From positions 1-44,903 of the IMG/VR virus record IMGVR_UViG_3300011438_000007: a stretch of DNA of 44,903 nucleotides; one strand, given 5' to 3'. Shown in pieces: positions 36,265 to 44,903 of this stretch. This stretch comes from a virus. Taxonomy: Duplodnaviria > Caudoviricetes. The translations under genes and the position numbers were made by a program. How positions within the stretch are numbered: the first letter of the stretch is position 1; each line of letters opens with the position of its first letter. The notes under the pieces were generated by a model. It saw only the letters and a program-made list of their open reading frames with translations, was not told the DNA's origin and searched no databases.

Positions 36265-36638
36265 TGCGACTCTCAGTTAACTTCACGTCTGAAGAGTTTG
36301 CGTGTAACTGCGGATGTGGATTTGACTCTATTCATCAAGCTATCGTGGATAATCTTCAAAAGATGCGCTACGAACTTAAAGTCCCAATTCGCATAAATTC
36401 AGGGTGTAGGTGCGCGAAACACAATGCAGAAGTGGGTGGAGCACCTAACTCATTTCACGTTTTGGGCCGCGCGGCCGACATTTCCGCCCCCGGAATTAGC
36501 TTGACCTCACTTTATGAAGCCGCGAAAATGTCAGGATTTAATGGAGTAGGTCTTGGAAGTAATTTCTTACACGTAGATAATAGAACTGACTCTTTGACCT
36601 GGCACTATGATGCGAATAACCATCCGGTGTATGTTTAA
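36264..36638 (+). CDS. peptidase M15A-family endolysin
   Basis: NFT..EFAC.CGCG, INSG.RC..HN..VGG...S.H..G.AADI and FLHVD.R. Confidence 0.9.
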   Translation: MRLSVNFTSEEFACNCGCGFDSIHQAIVDNLQKMRYELKVPIRINSGCRCAKHNAEVGGAPNSFHVLGRAADISAPGISLTSLYEAAKMSGFNGVGLGSNFLHVDNRTDSLTWHYDANNHPVYV

Positions 36639-37349
36639 ATGCCAATAATTTGGGAAGACGCATACTTATCGAATCTCTTGAGCGAGGCTGAAAAGCGCAT
36701 CGCTTCTGATCTCGACTTGCATTTCGAGAAGTATGCGCTTACTATAAATGCAGACCAAAGCACTTACGGTTTGGACCCAAGTATCAAGAAGGTGTTGTAT
36801 ATCACTTGGGAAGGTAAGAAGCTAGAGCCGATGGATTTCAATGAGGCTAATAACCTCATGTATAATAGAGCCGTAGTTAGCGAGACGGTGAAAAATGAAT
36901 ATTCGTCAGGTATTCCGCGATACTATACTGTCCATCCTACGAATCTCTCCGTGATTCGGCTAATACCAACTCCAAACTCTTCTAAAGCCCCAACGGGGCT
37001 TGAAGACCTTTGGGATGCCACAGAAATAAGACAGCAGTGCATAGTAACTTGCTATCGAACTAGTGATCCCACCGACGCGGAATTTGCACTTCCTGACCAT
37101 CTGGGAAGAAGGTATAAGAAGCATTATGCTCTTTACCGTGCCTTTCTCAAAGAAGGTAAGGGCCAGAATCTCGTAGCATCAAATTATCATAAGACGAAAT
37201 TTAGATCTCAGTTCGAGACGCTCAAGTTGATAAACGCAAATACTTATGTTTCTAAGCGCAATAATTTAGAACCGAGTGATTTAAGGAGTCGCGGAGGATC
37301 ATATCCAATGCCTCAACTTCCTTCAAACTATCCAGGGAGAAAAGTTTAG
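36639..37349 (+). CDS. head-tail adaptor / tail tubular A-like protein 2
   Basis: L..L.EAE..I, G.PRYY, L.PTP and YALYRAFLKE pattern. Confidence 0.65.
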   Translation: MPIIWEDAYLSNLLSEAEKRIASDLDLHFEKYALTINADQSTYGLDPSIKKVLYITWEGKKLEPMDFNEANNLMYNRAVVSETVKNEYSSGIPRYYTVHPTNLSVIRLIPTPNSSKAPTGLEDLWDATEIRQQCIVTCYRTSDPTDAEFALPDHLGRRYKKHYALYRAFLKEGKGQNLVASNYHKTKFRSQFETLKLINANTYVSKRNNLEPSDLRSRGGSYPMPQLPSNYPGRKV

Positions 37350-37838
37350 ATGAGTGAACAAAATGGGTTGATTAATCTTCGCGGCTACGTAGAGATTGCT
37401 CTTTATGACGCGCAGCGAAATGAAGTAGATCGGATAAAAGCTCCCATTCAATGGGAAAAGAACGATAATACAATTGTGACGGCTGGAAGACGATTTGTTC
37501 TTCAACAGATCATATCCAGTGATATGGTCACTTCTCAGAGTATTGGTTATATGGCCGTTGGAACGGGAACTAACGCACCTGCAACGTCAGATTCCGCACT
37601 CCAAAGCGAAACCACAAGACTCGCTATTGGAACGTTCACAACTACTAATCTTACATCTAACCCGCCATCGTGGATGGCACAAATGTCTCTTGCAACTAAT
37701 CAAGGGAATACCACGCTCGGGGAAGTTGGCCTCTTCAATTCATCGTCTGGAGGGACTTTGCTAGGTAGAGCTACTTTCTCAACAATCAACAAGACTACGA
37801 GCAACACGTTGGGTCTAAGTTATACCGTCTCCAATTAA
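37350..37838 (+). CDS. tail fibre-base/collar-like protein, Thr/Ser-rich
   Basis: N.IV..GR, YMAVGTG...P..SD..L..E, EVGLFN...G.L..R and I.KT motifs, typical of fibre N-terminal modules. Confidence 0.65.
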   Translation: MSEQNGLINLRGYVEIALYDAQRNEVDRIKAPIQWEKNDNTIVTAGRRFVLQQIISSDMVTSQSIGYMAVGTGTNAPATSDSALQSETTRLAIGTFTTTNLTSNPPSWMAQMSLATNQGNTTLGEVGLFNSSSGGTLLGRATFSTINKTTSNTLGLSYTVSN

Positions 37839-37866
37839 TTGCTCGTTCGTAGAGGGACGTGAATGA

Positions 37867-38097
37867 ATGGAGCAAACCTTACAGGAGCTTTTGAGGCAAA
37901 GTCCTACGGTTGCAGTATTGCTCATCGTTTTAAGACAACTCTTCTCGTTATATACCTCAGAGAGAGCGAATTACCAGCTTATAGTTAGCGAACTAAAAGC
38001 AGTGATTCGTGAGAATACCATAGCGATGAACGAGTTGAAGAACTCAAAACGTAAGTGTGAATATGAAATTCATAACAATTCACATGAGCTAGAGTAG
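37867..38097 (+). CDS. single-TM plus coiled-coil protein (BhlA/UviB-like holin candidate)
   Basis: TM segment VAVLLIVL followed by a heptad region. Confidence 0.45.
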   Translation: MEQTLQELLRQSPTVAVLLIVLRQLFSLYTSERANYQLIVSELKAVIRENTIAMNELKNSKRKCEYEIHNNSHELE

Positions 38098-38126
38098 ATT
38101 TAAATTAATAAATATATGAGGATAAA

Positions 38127-39404
38127 TTGAAAAAGATAACTGGCACTGGACACGGCCTTATGATCGGTATTCCTACCCTCGGTAGGCCGTTAACACTGGA
38201 TTGGGCAATGGCTTTTAAGGGTCTTTGCCCTCCGATTAATTACAACTACAATCATATGGTGGTTAAAAATCAACCTGTAGACGTAGCTAGAGAGGCTATT
38301 GCTGAGAAAGCTCTTGAGCAAGGTAATAAGTATCTTTTCTTTTTGGGTGACGATGTAGTAGTACCAAATCCCACACTTCGTCAACTGATATTTAGGATGG
38401 AACAAAACCCAAAGATTGGTGTAGTTGGGGGAGTATATTGTTCTAAGAGTGAACCACCGGCCCCACTGGTTTTTAGAGAGAATGGGTTGGGAACATACTG
38501 GGATTGGAAAGTGGGTGAGTTCTTTGAAGTAAGTGGACTTGGAATGGATTGTACACTCATCAGAACTGAAGTTCTAGCAAAGATGAGTAAGCCGTGGTTC
38601 AAAACTGTGGACACAGATCAGTTTAAAGATGGTATAAATCAAGCTGATATGTGGACAGAAGATCTCTACTTCCTAAATAAACTAAAGAAAGAAACGGATT
38701 ATGAGGTCTGGTGTGATGGATCTCTGATCTGTGGTCACGAAGATGTGTACACGGGTAAAACGTATTCCCTCCCATCCAATTCTTTGCCTATGCGAAGGAT
38801 GCCATCAAACGGACTTAAAAAAGCAATCGACATCGGCTGTGGGCCGCTGGATAGATCCCCTGATTTTCCTGAATACACTCTTGTACGGGTGGATATTCGC
38901 GAAGAGTGCAATCCAGATTATCGGTGTGATGTTACCGAGCTTCCATTTGGTCCCAACGAGTTTGATCTTATTTTTTCGTCACACGTCCTAGAACATTTCT
39001 CTCGTGAAAAGTGGAAAACCATTCTTACTGAGTGGCTTAGGGTGTTGAAGCCTGGCGGTGATTTATTCTTTGTGTTACCCAACGTGAAGTGGGCCATAGA
39101 TAACTTTAGTGACGCGAAGCAGCATATCAACGTGATGAATGTGTTGTATGGCGGCCAATCCAATGATTACGATTTCCATTACAACGGATGGTGGCCTGAG
39201 AAGGTAACTCAAGTTCTTAAGGAGTTTGGGTGTACAACTCCAACGATTGAGCACAACGGCTACAACATGATGATTAAGGCCCGCAAAGCGGGAAAACCCT
39301 TAGATCCTGAATTTGTATCAAATGAGTTTACTCCACCACCTTCTGTTGCTCAACGAGTTGCAGCGGTAGTTGGAAAGAGTCATAAACACAAAAAGAAGAG
39401 GTAG
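38127..39404 (+). CDS. glycosyltransferase (GT2-like)-SAM methyltransferase fusion
   Basis: IGIPT, YLFFLGDDV, GMDCTLI, TEDLYF and CGH; then IDIGCG, LPF, SHVLEH and RVLKPGG. Confidence 0.88.
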   Translation: MKKITGTGHGLMIGIPTLGRPLTLDWAMAFKGLCPPINYNYNHMVVKNQPVDVAREAIAEKALEQGNKYLFFLGDDVVVPNPTLRQLIFRMEQNPKIGVVGGVYCSKSEPPAPLVFRENGLGTYWDWKVGEFFEVSGLGMDCTLIRTEVLAKMSKPWFKTVDTDQFKDGINQADMWTEDLYFLNKLKKETDYEVWCDGSLICGHEDVYTGKTYSLPSNSLPMRRMPSNGLKKAIDIGCGPLDRSPDFPEYTLVRVDIREECNPDYRCDVTELPFGPNEFDLIFSSHVLEHFSREKWKTILTEWLRVLKPGGDLFFVLPNVKWAIDNFSDAKQHINVMNVLYGGQSNDYDFHYNGWWPEKVTQVLKEFGCTTPTIEHNGYNMMIKARKAGKPLDPEFVSNEFTPPPSVAQRVAAVVGKSHKHKKKR

Positions 39405-39406
39405 CG

Positions 39407-40423
39407 ATGGCAGATCTAATTTTCTGGGAAGGTGGAGAAGCGATTCAAGATGGCACTTACCTAAGATCTAAAATAGATCTTGTCGGTGGTGCATCTGGAG
39501 ATCTATTCTCAAATGCTGTTGCTCGTACAACTGCTTTAGGAACCAGATGTATTAGGTCTGCTGGAACAGTAGCGTCAAGTTTCTATGTCACGGTGAATCA
39601 AGCTACTGCTTACGCGGAGTTTTGGTTCAAGAGCGGCCAGATCAATCTTTTGGGGCCGCTCTTTGGGTTTCGGGACTCTTCAAATACATACCACTTTAGG
39701 ATAGACACGTCATCTAGTGGATCTAATGTTCAACTAATCTTCTACAACGCCAACGGTACTCAAGTAGGCTCAACTTACACAGTTGGCCCCACCAACACTT
39801 GGGTTCATATTGGAGTTAAAATCATTGTTGGCAACGCAGGAACAGTTGTAGTTAACATTGATGATAACCAGGCATATAGTGGAAGCAGTGATTTCCAGAA
39901 TGCTTCTGCGACTGTATCTAATGCGTTCTTCAACTGTGGTTATAGCGTAGATTACTTCTATTTTGATGATATAGTAATCCAAGGTGCTTCTGGAGCATTT
40001 CTAGGCTCAAACGTGCATTGTGTGGCACAGCGGCCCAGCGCCGCAGGAGATTCTACTCAATGGACTCCTTCAACTGGATCTAATTATCAAAATGTAGACG
40101 AAACTCTACCTGATGACGATTCGACATATAACAGTGATTCCACTTCAGGACATTTAGATCTTTACGCTACCACTGATCTTCCGACATTTAGCGGAAATGT
40201 GCTAGGGATAGATGTATGTGGAGTTTTGCGTAAAGACACTGGTGGAACTGAAACTGCTAAACTCGCAGTTAAAACTAACAGTACAGTATATTATGGCAGC
40301 AACATCACATTAACTAACTCGTATGCTTCCTATAAGAAGCAATATATCTTGAACCCCAACACTGGAGTAGCTTTTACTACATCTGAAGCTAACGCACTTC
40401 AAATCGGCGCACAAGTGGTTTAA
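39407..40423 (+). CDS. beta-sandwich tail/receptor-binding protein (lectin-like)
   Basis: WVHI, YFDDIV, NYQNVDE..PD.D.TY and NPNTG.AFT..E.NALQIG. Confidence 0.6.
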   Translation: MADLIFWEGGEAIQDGTYLRSKIDLVGGASGDLFSNAVARTTALGTRCIRSAGTVASSFYVTVNQATAYAEFWFKSGQINLLGPLFGFRDSSNTYHFRIDTSSSGSNVQLIFYNANGTQVGSTYTVGPTNTWVHIGVKIIVGNAGTVVVNIDDNQAYSGSSDFQNASATVSNAFFNCGYSVDYFYFDDIVIQGASGAFLGSNVHCVAQRPSAAGDSTQWTPSTGSNYQNVDETLPDDDSTYNSDSTSGHLDLYATTDLPTFSGNVLGIDVCGVLRKDTGGTETAKLAVKTNSTVYYGSNITLTNSYASYKKQYILNPNTGVAFTTSEANALQIGAQVV

Positions 40424-41268
40424 TGGCTTCACGTATAACATTTGAGGGTACCGAAACTCTACTTCAGGGGACGGACACACCAAAGTCTCGTCTTACCTTT
40501 GTAGCTATCGAAACTCTCATTTTAGTTATTATACCGAGTAGAACCGCTTCTGATACTTTAAATAATTGGGCTGATGCGGTTTCGTATACATATCTAGCTC
40601 CTCCGGGGCCGCTCTCACGTTCCGTGGAAGATAAATTCATACGGAATGGGAGCATCAATGGAAATAACCTTTCACTTAGAGATGGTCTTCAAGTTCATGT
40701 TGGCCCCTTTGGGCCGCTCTACATAGCTATTTCTGATCTCGGGACATACTTAGATGATGCACAAGCTATTCGTATCGGGATGTTATTTACTGATGATTTA
40801 AATGCGTGGAGTGACTTTCCTGGCTCGGTTCCAACAACTTACACGAATGTTGCTGATACCCTAAATTCATGGTCCGACGCGGCCCTAACTAGATTTTTTG
40901 GGCATCTTGTAACTAGTGGACTTACTGACGCATTAACATTAAGTGATGTCTTTTCAGCTATACTTCCCAATGTAGCAATCATTGGAGATCCTCTCTCATT
41001 TGCAGATTCATTTGCCTCTTCTCTAGTTTCAGAGAACATATTCACTGACTCTATAACTCTTAGTGAGTCAACCCGTATTGTACTACACTCTCAAGTAGCT
41101 TTTAGCGATGCTCTTACATTAACTGATGGGACCGTTAATTCGTATTCGATAGAACTTGAGAGTGCGGTTAGTGATGATTTGAACCTGTGGGCTGACACTT
41201 TTGAATACACTAGTGTCCTGGGTGAAGTTGGTTATTTACGGCAGTACTTGAATGACATGAGGTATTAA
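40423..41268 (+). CDS. fibre stalk protein with SD.L...D repeats
   Basis: About 9 repeats such as SDTLNNWAD and TDALTLSD; ends YLRQYLNDMRY. Confidence 0.6.
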   Translation: MASRITFEGTETLLQGTDTPKSRLTFVAIETLILVIIPSRTASDTLNNWADAVSYTYLAPPGPLSRSVEDKFIRNGSINGNNLSLRDGLQVHVGPFGPLYIAISDLGTYLDDAQAIRIGMLFTDDLNAWSDFPGSVPTTYTNVADTLNSWSDAALTRFFGHLVTSGLTDALTLSDVFSAILPNVAIIGDPLSFADSFASSLVSENIFTDSITLSESTRIVLHSQVAFSDALTLTDGTVNSYSIELESAVSDDLNLWADTFEYTSVLGEVGYLRQYLNDMRY

Positions 41269-41277
41269 GGAGTAAAG

Positions 41278-41739
41278 ATGGCGAATGCAATTAAGTGGTC
41301 AGCACTAGGGACATTTACTACAATTATCAATGGAGATGGCTCGGCGCCAACTTTAAAGAATCTCGCTAGCACGTCTCAAAAGTTAGGTATTGAAGTAGAT
41401 AACGCTACTGACCATAATAGATTTGCTGATTTTGATCTCTATTGCAGATTCCAGAGTGCGCCTACGGCTAACGGATATTGCGAACTCTATTTAGTTCAGG
41501 CTGTTGATAGTACTAACTATGCAGATGGATCTGATTCAGTTGCACCTGCTATTGGAACATTAGTTGGAATCTTTTCAGTTAGAGCAGTCACAACTCAGCA
41601 ACGTGTAGCTATTCGACACATCTTACTCCCCAACACTAAGTTCAAGCCTATCATCATAAATCAATCCGGTCAAGCCATGACCAACACTGATAACGAGAAC
41701 ATCCTGAGCATCCGCACCTATAACGAAGAAGTTCAGTGA
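41278..41739 (+). CDS. jelly-roll-like virion protein
   Basis: AAGGAG RBS; beta-rich; coupled to the LamG gene. Confidence 0.6.
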   Translation: MANAIKWSALGTFTTIINGDGSAPTLKNLASTSQKLGIEVDNATDHNRFADFDLYCRFQSAPTANGYCELYLVQAVDSTNYADGSDSVAPAIGTLVGIFSVRAVTTQQRVAIRHILLPNTKFKPIIINQSGQAMTNTDNENILSIRTYNEEVQ

Positions 41740-42974
41740 TTTATACACGGCCTGAAAATCCGAGATTAATTCGTACGCACCCGCTGGCACGGAATATCAG
41801 CGGGGCGTACCTCTTTGGTGCTGAGGGTCGTTATGTTGTGGATCATGTTTATGGTCAAAACATCACTAACATCAACACAGCGGTAAATGGGCCGCGCACG
41901 CGGGTTACGGGGCGCACAACTCTTGTGGAGGGGCCAGATGTATTTACCACAACTGATGCGACTCTAACAGATGGTGCGGGTGCTTTTACTTTCTTCTACC
42001 GCGGCCACCCAAATCAAGGAAGTACTGGAGCGATATTTAATTACGGCACAGCTGGAATATTCCACGGCTATAGGTCTATGAGGTTTAGTGGTGGGAACGT
42101 AGACTTCCTATCTTGGGGTTCAGATCTTAGTGGAGCGTATGGTTTAGGTGGAACAGCTTATCGTAGAGCATGTTATGCTGGAACGTATGATGGAACTACG
42201 GCAAAGTTATACGAGAAAGTAGAGTCTAACCCCGTAACTGAAATAGCTAGCGCGGCCCGATCTTGGAGCATTGTCAAGACTGGAACGCTACAGTTTAATA
42301 AGTCCACATTCTCGTCTGAGTATCATCTTGGATATAATGAGATAATTTACTTCTATACTCGTGCGTTATCCGCCGCTGAAATACATCTCTTAGCTTCTGA
42401 TCCATATCAGATCTTTGCGGATACTCCCCGAGCTAGGGGTAAGTTCTTTTCAGCAAGTGCTGGCTTAACCGTTACTAAGTCAGATGATTTAAATAACTGG
42501 TTAGATGAATCTAGTGCGGTAGCTTCTCAACCCGCTTCTCTTCTTAAAGAAGCGTATGACTCGATGTTCTATAACATCTTTGATGAGTTTGTATATGCTC
42601 TTGCAGTTCCTAACAGATTGTTTACTGACGCTCTAGCTTTAAGTGATTCGATAGCTTATACCTTTTCTGGTGCCATTGGATTCGGGGATTTGATGGTGAT
42701 GCTGGACGCGGCCACTTTTAAGGTCTCGTCAACATCTAATTTCTCAGATTCGATGAATCTCAGCGATGCAGTGACGCTAAATATGCATCTGCTGCGCCCA
42801 ATAAGCGATGACCTAAATAATTGGGTAGACCTAACTGAAGATAACGGACTTGCTACGCAACAATCCAGAAGCGCCAACGACTCTTTAAATAGTTGGGATG
42901 ATGCGTTTACATATTTATCTAGCACTAGTGAGACGGCTTATTTACGCCAATTCTTGAATGATGTGGTGAACTAA
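41736..42974 (+). CDS. LamG/ConA-like lectin domain plus SD.L...D stalk fibre protein
   Basis: HPLAR, YAGTYDGTTAKLY, YTRALSAAEI and DPYQ, then repeats; ends YLRQFLNDVVN. Confidence 0.7.
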   Translation: MIYTRPENPRLIRTHPLARNISGAYLFGAEGRYVVDHVYGQNITNINTAVNGPRTRVTGRTTLVEGPDVFTTTDATLTDGAGAFTFFYRGHPNQGSTGAIFNYGTAGIFHGYRSMRFSGGNVDFLSWGSDLSGAYGLGGTAYRRACYAGTYDGTTAKLYEKVESNPVTEIASAARSWSIVKTGTLQFNKSTFSSEYHLGYNEIIYFYTRALSAAEIHLLASDPYQIFADTPRARGKFFSASAGLTVTKSDDLNNWLDESSAVASQPASLLKEAYDSMFYNIFDEFVYALAVPNRLFTDALALSDSIAYTFSGAIGFGDLMVMLDAATFKVSSTSNFSDSMNLSDAVTLNMHLLRPISDDLNNWVDLTEDNGLATQQSRSANDSLNSWDDAFTYLSSTSETAYLRQFLNDVVN

Positions 42975-44903
42975 TGGCAGCTATAGCACGTCAAAACTGG
43001 GCGCGTGGTTGGGTTCCATCGGGGGATTTCGTAAATGGTCCCAAAGATGGACTTGCGCGCATGGATAACCTCCAACTCGATGAAGATGGAGCACTAACTT
43101 TAGTTCCAGGAATTACGGATATTTATGATTTCAGTTCTTGGCCGCACACCATCTTTTCTAAGTTCATTGGCAACAACAAGTTCAGGTATACCATAAATGC
43201 TAACGGCGATATTACTCGTAATGGTGGCGTTTTTTATACTGGTGCTGACTCGCTTCGTGGTTCCTTTGCTGTTCATCGTGGCTACATACTCATCTGCTCC
43301 GGGAATGTTCGAATTAAAGACGATACCGTTAATACGTACAATCTTGGTATTATACGACCCGATGGAACGCCCTCAATTGAGGTAGCGTCACAATCACGAA
43401 CAGAACTAACTGCGCTTGGAGTTTCTACATCTTTTGATACTGACGGGTCTTTTGTAGCAACTGCTGAACCAACCTTACTTACACCTGATTCAACCGTAGC
43501 CAACTCAGAAGCGCCCCTAGGAGGAGACGGAATAGTATTAAATGTTCGTGTTGGTGATACGTCAAAACTCATTAAGGCTAGACTTCAGTTTAATCTTGAT
43601 GCTTCAAGCGGTGAATCTGACTATTTCTATTTCGAGTGGGGGAACGACATCGGCGGCCAATTCAAGGGTGGAACTAACGCTTGGAGTACGCTCTCCGCAA
43701 ATCGAAGTTCATTCACTAAAGTTGGTGAATCCACGAAGGGTTGGACTGAGATCAACTCAATTAAATTCCAACTCTTCTTTACCGATACTGTAGCTACGAA
43801 TCTTGTAAATGAAATCCATGTTGTTGGTGGTGAGCAGGGGCCGCTCACGGAGGCTTACGATTATTGTCAGGTCTATGTAACGAATGATGGGAAATATATC
43901 GGAAAGAGTCCAGAGGGGCCATCATCGGGTGCCGTTTGGGTTTCGCACGGCTACACACTAATTACGCCACATAGTTCAAATGCCACTTCTGATGTAAATG
44001 AGGTTTGGATCTATCGCCGTTCTACCCGCGAAGCGGGAGCGCATAGACCTTTTGATGCTATTCAGCAACTTCCCATATGGTATCGTGTTGCTGTAGTTCC
44101 GGCCCCGTTTAATACGATCGAGGATCGTATGTCGGATGAGGAAGCTTTACGCCAAGAAACACTTAAGCCAGGACTCATAAATGTTCAATCAATCGTTGAG
44201 CCAATCGTTGGTATTGTTGGCGAGTACAATTCTCGCGTGCTTTATCTTACATCAAATTCCCTCTACCTTAGTGAGATTGATAATCCAGATCTTGTTGATC
44301 CTGTTAACTCTTTTAGTTTTTCCGGTGCTACTGTTTCGAGAAATCTTTGGATCAAAGCCACCGACTCGGGAAGACTCTTAGTTGGCACCACGCAAGATAT
44401 ATTTGAAGTTACTGGAACTCTTGTTGACTTTCCTGACGGTTCTGTTGATATTATTATTAGAAGACTTGGTGTTTCGCATCCTCCTATAACCCGTGAAACG
44501 TCAACATATCAAGGAGCAATATTTTATCTAAGCTCCGCTGGAATTGTACAACTCATTGGTTCTAACTCTCTGGTGATCTCCGATCAGCTTCAACAGCTTT
44601 TCGATGGTAACGAGAGATACGGAATTGCACCCGTAAGACTGGTTGGGAATGATCTTCAAACGTCTCCACTTTGTGTCGCCAAAAACAAGTTATTTACGGC
44701 ACTAGAGTTGACCGACGGAACTCGGTGGTGCTTCATTTTTGACCTTGTCAAAAAATACTGGATTGCTTACTTTACCGATCCTAATTCGTTCTTCTGTGAA
44801 GAAGATGGGAGACTCCTTGCAGGCTATAACTCTCCAGCGCCCGCGCTCAGAGAAATATATACTTACGACGATACTACATTTGCCCGTGATGTGGTCTTTC
44901 AGA
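42974..44903 (+). CDS. 5' part of tail nozzle / tubular B-like protein (omitted from ORF track because it runs off the window)
   Basis: ATG overlaps the TAA at 42974. Reads MAAIARQNWARGWVPS...MDNLQLDEDGAL...WIYRR...LYLSEIDNP..., with no stop seen up to the end; continues at base 124. Confidence 0.8.
   Translation, partial: MAAIARQNWARGWVPSGDFVNGPKDGLARMDNLQLDEDGALTLVPGITDIYDFSSWPHTIFSKFIGNNKFRYTINANGDITRNGGVFYTGADSLRGSFAVHRGYILICSGNVRIKDDTVNTYNLGIIRPDGTPSIEVASQSRTELTALGVSTSFDTDGSFVATAEPTLLTPDSTVANSEAPLGGDGIVLNVRVGDTSKLIKARLQFNLDASSGESDYFYFEWGNDIGGQFKGGTNAWSTLSANRSSFTKVGESTKGWTEINSIKFQLFFTDTVATNLVNEIHVVGGEQGPLTEAYDYCQVYVTNDGKYIGKSPEGPSSGAVWVSHGYTLITPHSSNATSDVNEVWIYRRSTREAGAHRPFDAIQQLPIWYRVAVVPAPFNTIEDRMSDEEALRQETLKPGLINVQSIVEPIVGIVGEYNSRVLYLTSNSLYLSEIDNPDLVDPVNSFSFSGATVSRNLWIKATDSGRLLVGTTQDIFEVTGTLVDFPDGSVDIIIRRLGVSHPPITRETSTYQGAIFYLSSAGIVQLIGSNSLVISDQLQQLFDGNERYGIAPVRLVGNDLQTSPLCVAKNKLFTALELTDGTRWCFIFDLVKKYWIAYFTDPNSFFCEEDGRLLAGYNSPAPALREIYTYDDTTFARDVVFQ
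44781..44903. repeat. 123-bp exact copy of bases 1-123
   Basis: Direct comparison. Confidence 0.95.

Noticed and set aside
44781-44903. Biological direct terminal repeat
   Set aside because: It falls mid-gene and the ORF is in frame across the join, which is typical of assembler circular overlap. True ends are more plausibly in the 23.8-24.6 kb divergence region, or the genome is permuted.
1-44903. Integrase, repressor, reverse transcriptase/DGR, tRNA, alternative genetic code
   Set aside because: No corresponding motifs were seen. Long genes are intact in the standard code, with TAA, TAG and TGA all used as stops.

Overview
This window appears to be a complete, circularly assembled podovirus-like dsDNA phage genome of about 44,780 bp. 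Bases 1-123 are repeated exactly at 44781-44903, and one tail ORF reads in frame across that join. There are two divergent arms. The minus-strand early/replication arm (23758 to 7721) encodes a MoxR-type AAA ATPase with a VWA-like partner, an SNF2 helicase, a DUF5664-like dNTP pyrophosphatase, a Cas4-like exonuclease, a Sak4-like ATPase, an SSB-like protein, a UDG-fused family A DNA polymerase and a DUF3987-like helicase. The plus-strand late arm (about 24720 through the origin to 7706) encodes TerS, TerL, portal, scaffold, capsid, a decoration protein, two glycosyltransferase+methyltransferase modules, adaptors, lysis genes, modular fibres, a nozzle and three ejection proteins. I recognised no integrase, repressor, RNA polymerase, primase, tRNA or CRISPR array. 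The most notable unexplained signals are: (1) a genome-wide, both-strand, frame-independent excess of the hexamer GCGGCC/GGCCGC (about 90 copies by eye), which also closes many intergenic hairpins; (2) duplicated GT2+SAM-methyltransferase modules placed beside Ser/Thr-rich head and tail genes; (3) two fibre proteins sharing an Asp-rich repeat stalk and a common C-terminal YLRQ(Y/F)LND motif; (4) two related non-coding repeat families sharing an AAGTNCTT core; and (5) non-canonical catalytic motifs in PolA and TerL. All protein calls come from reading motifs and synteny, not from database searches.
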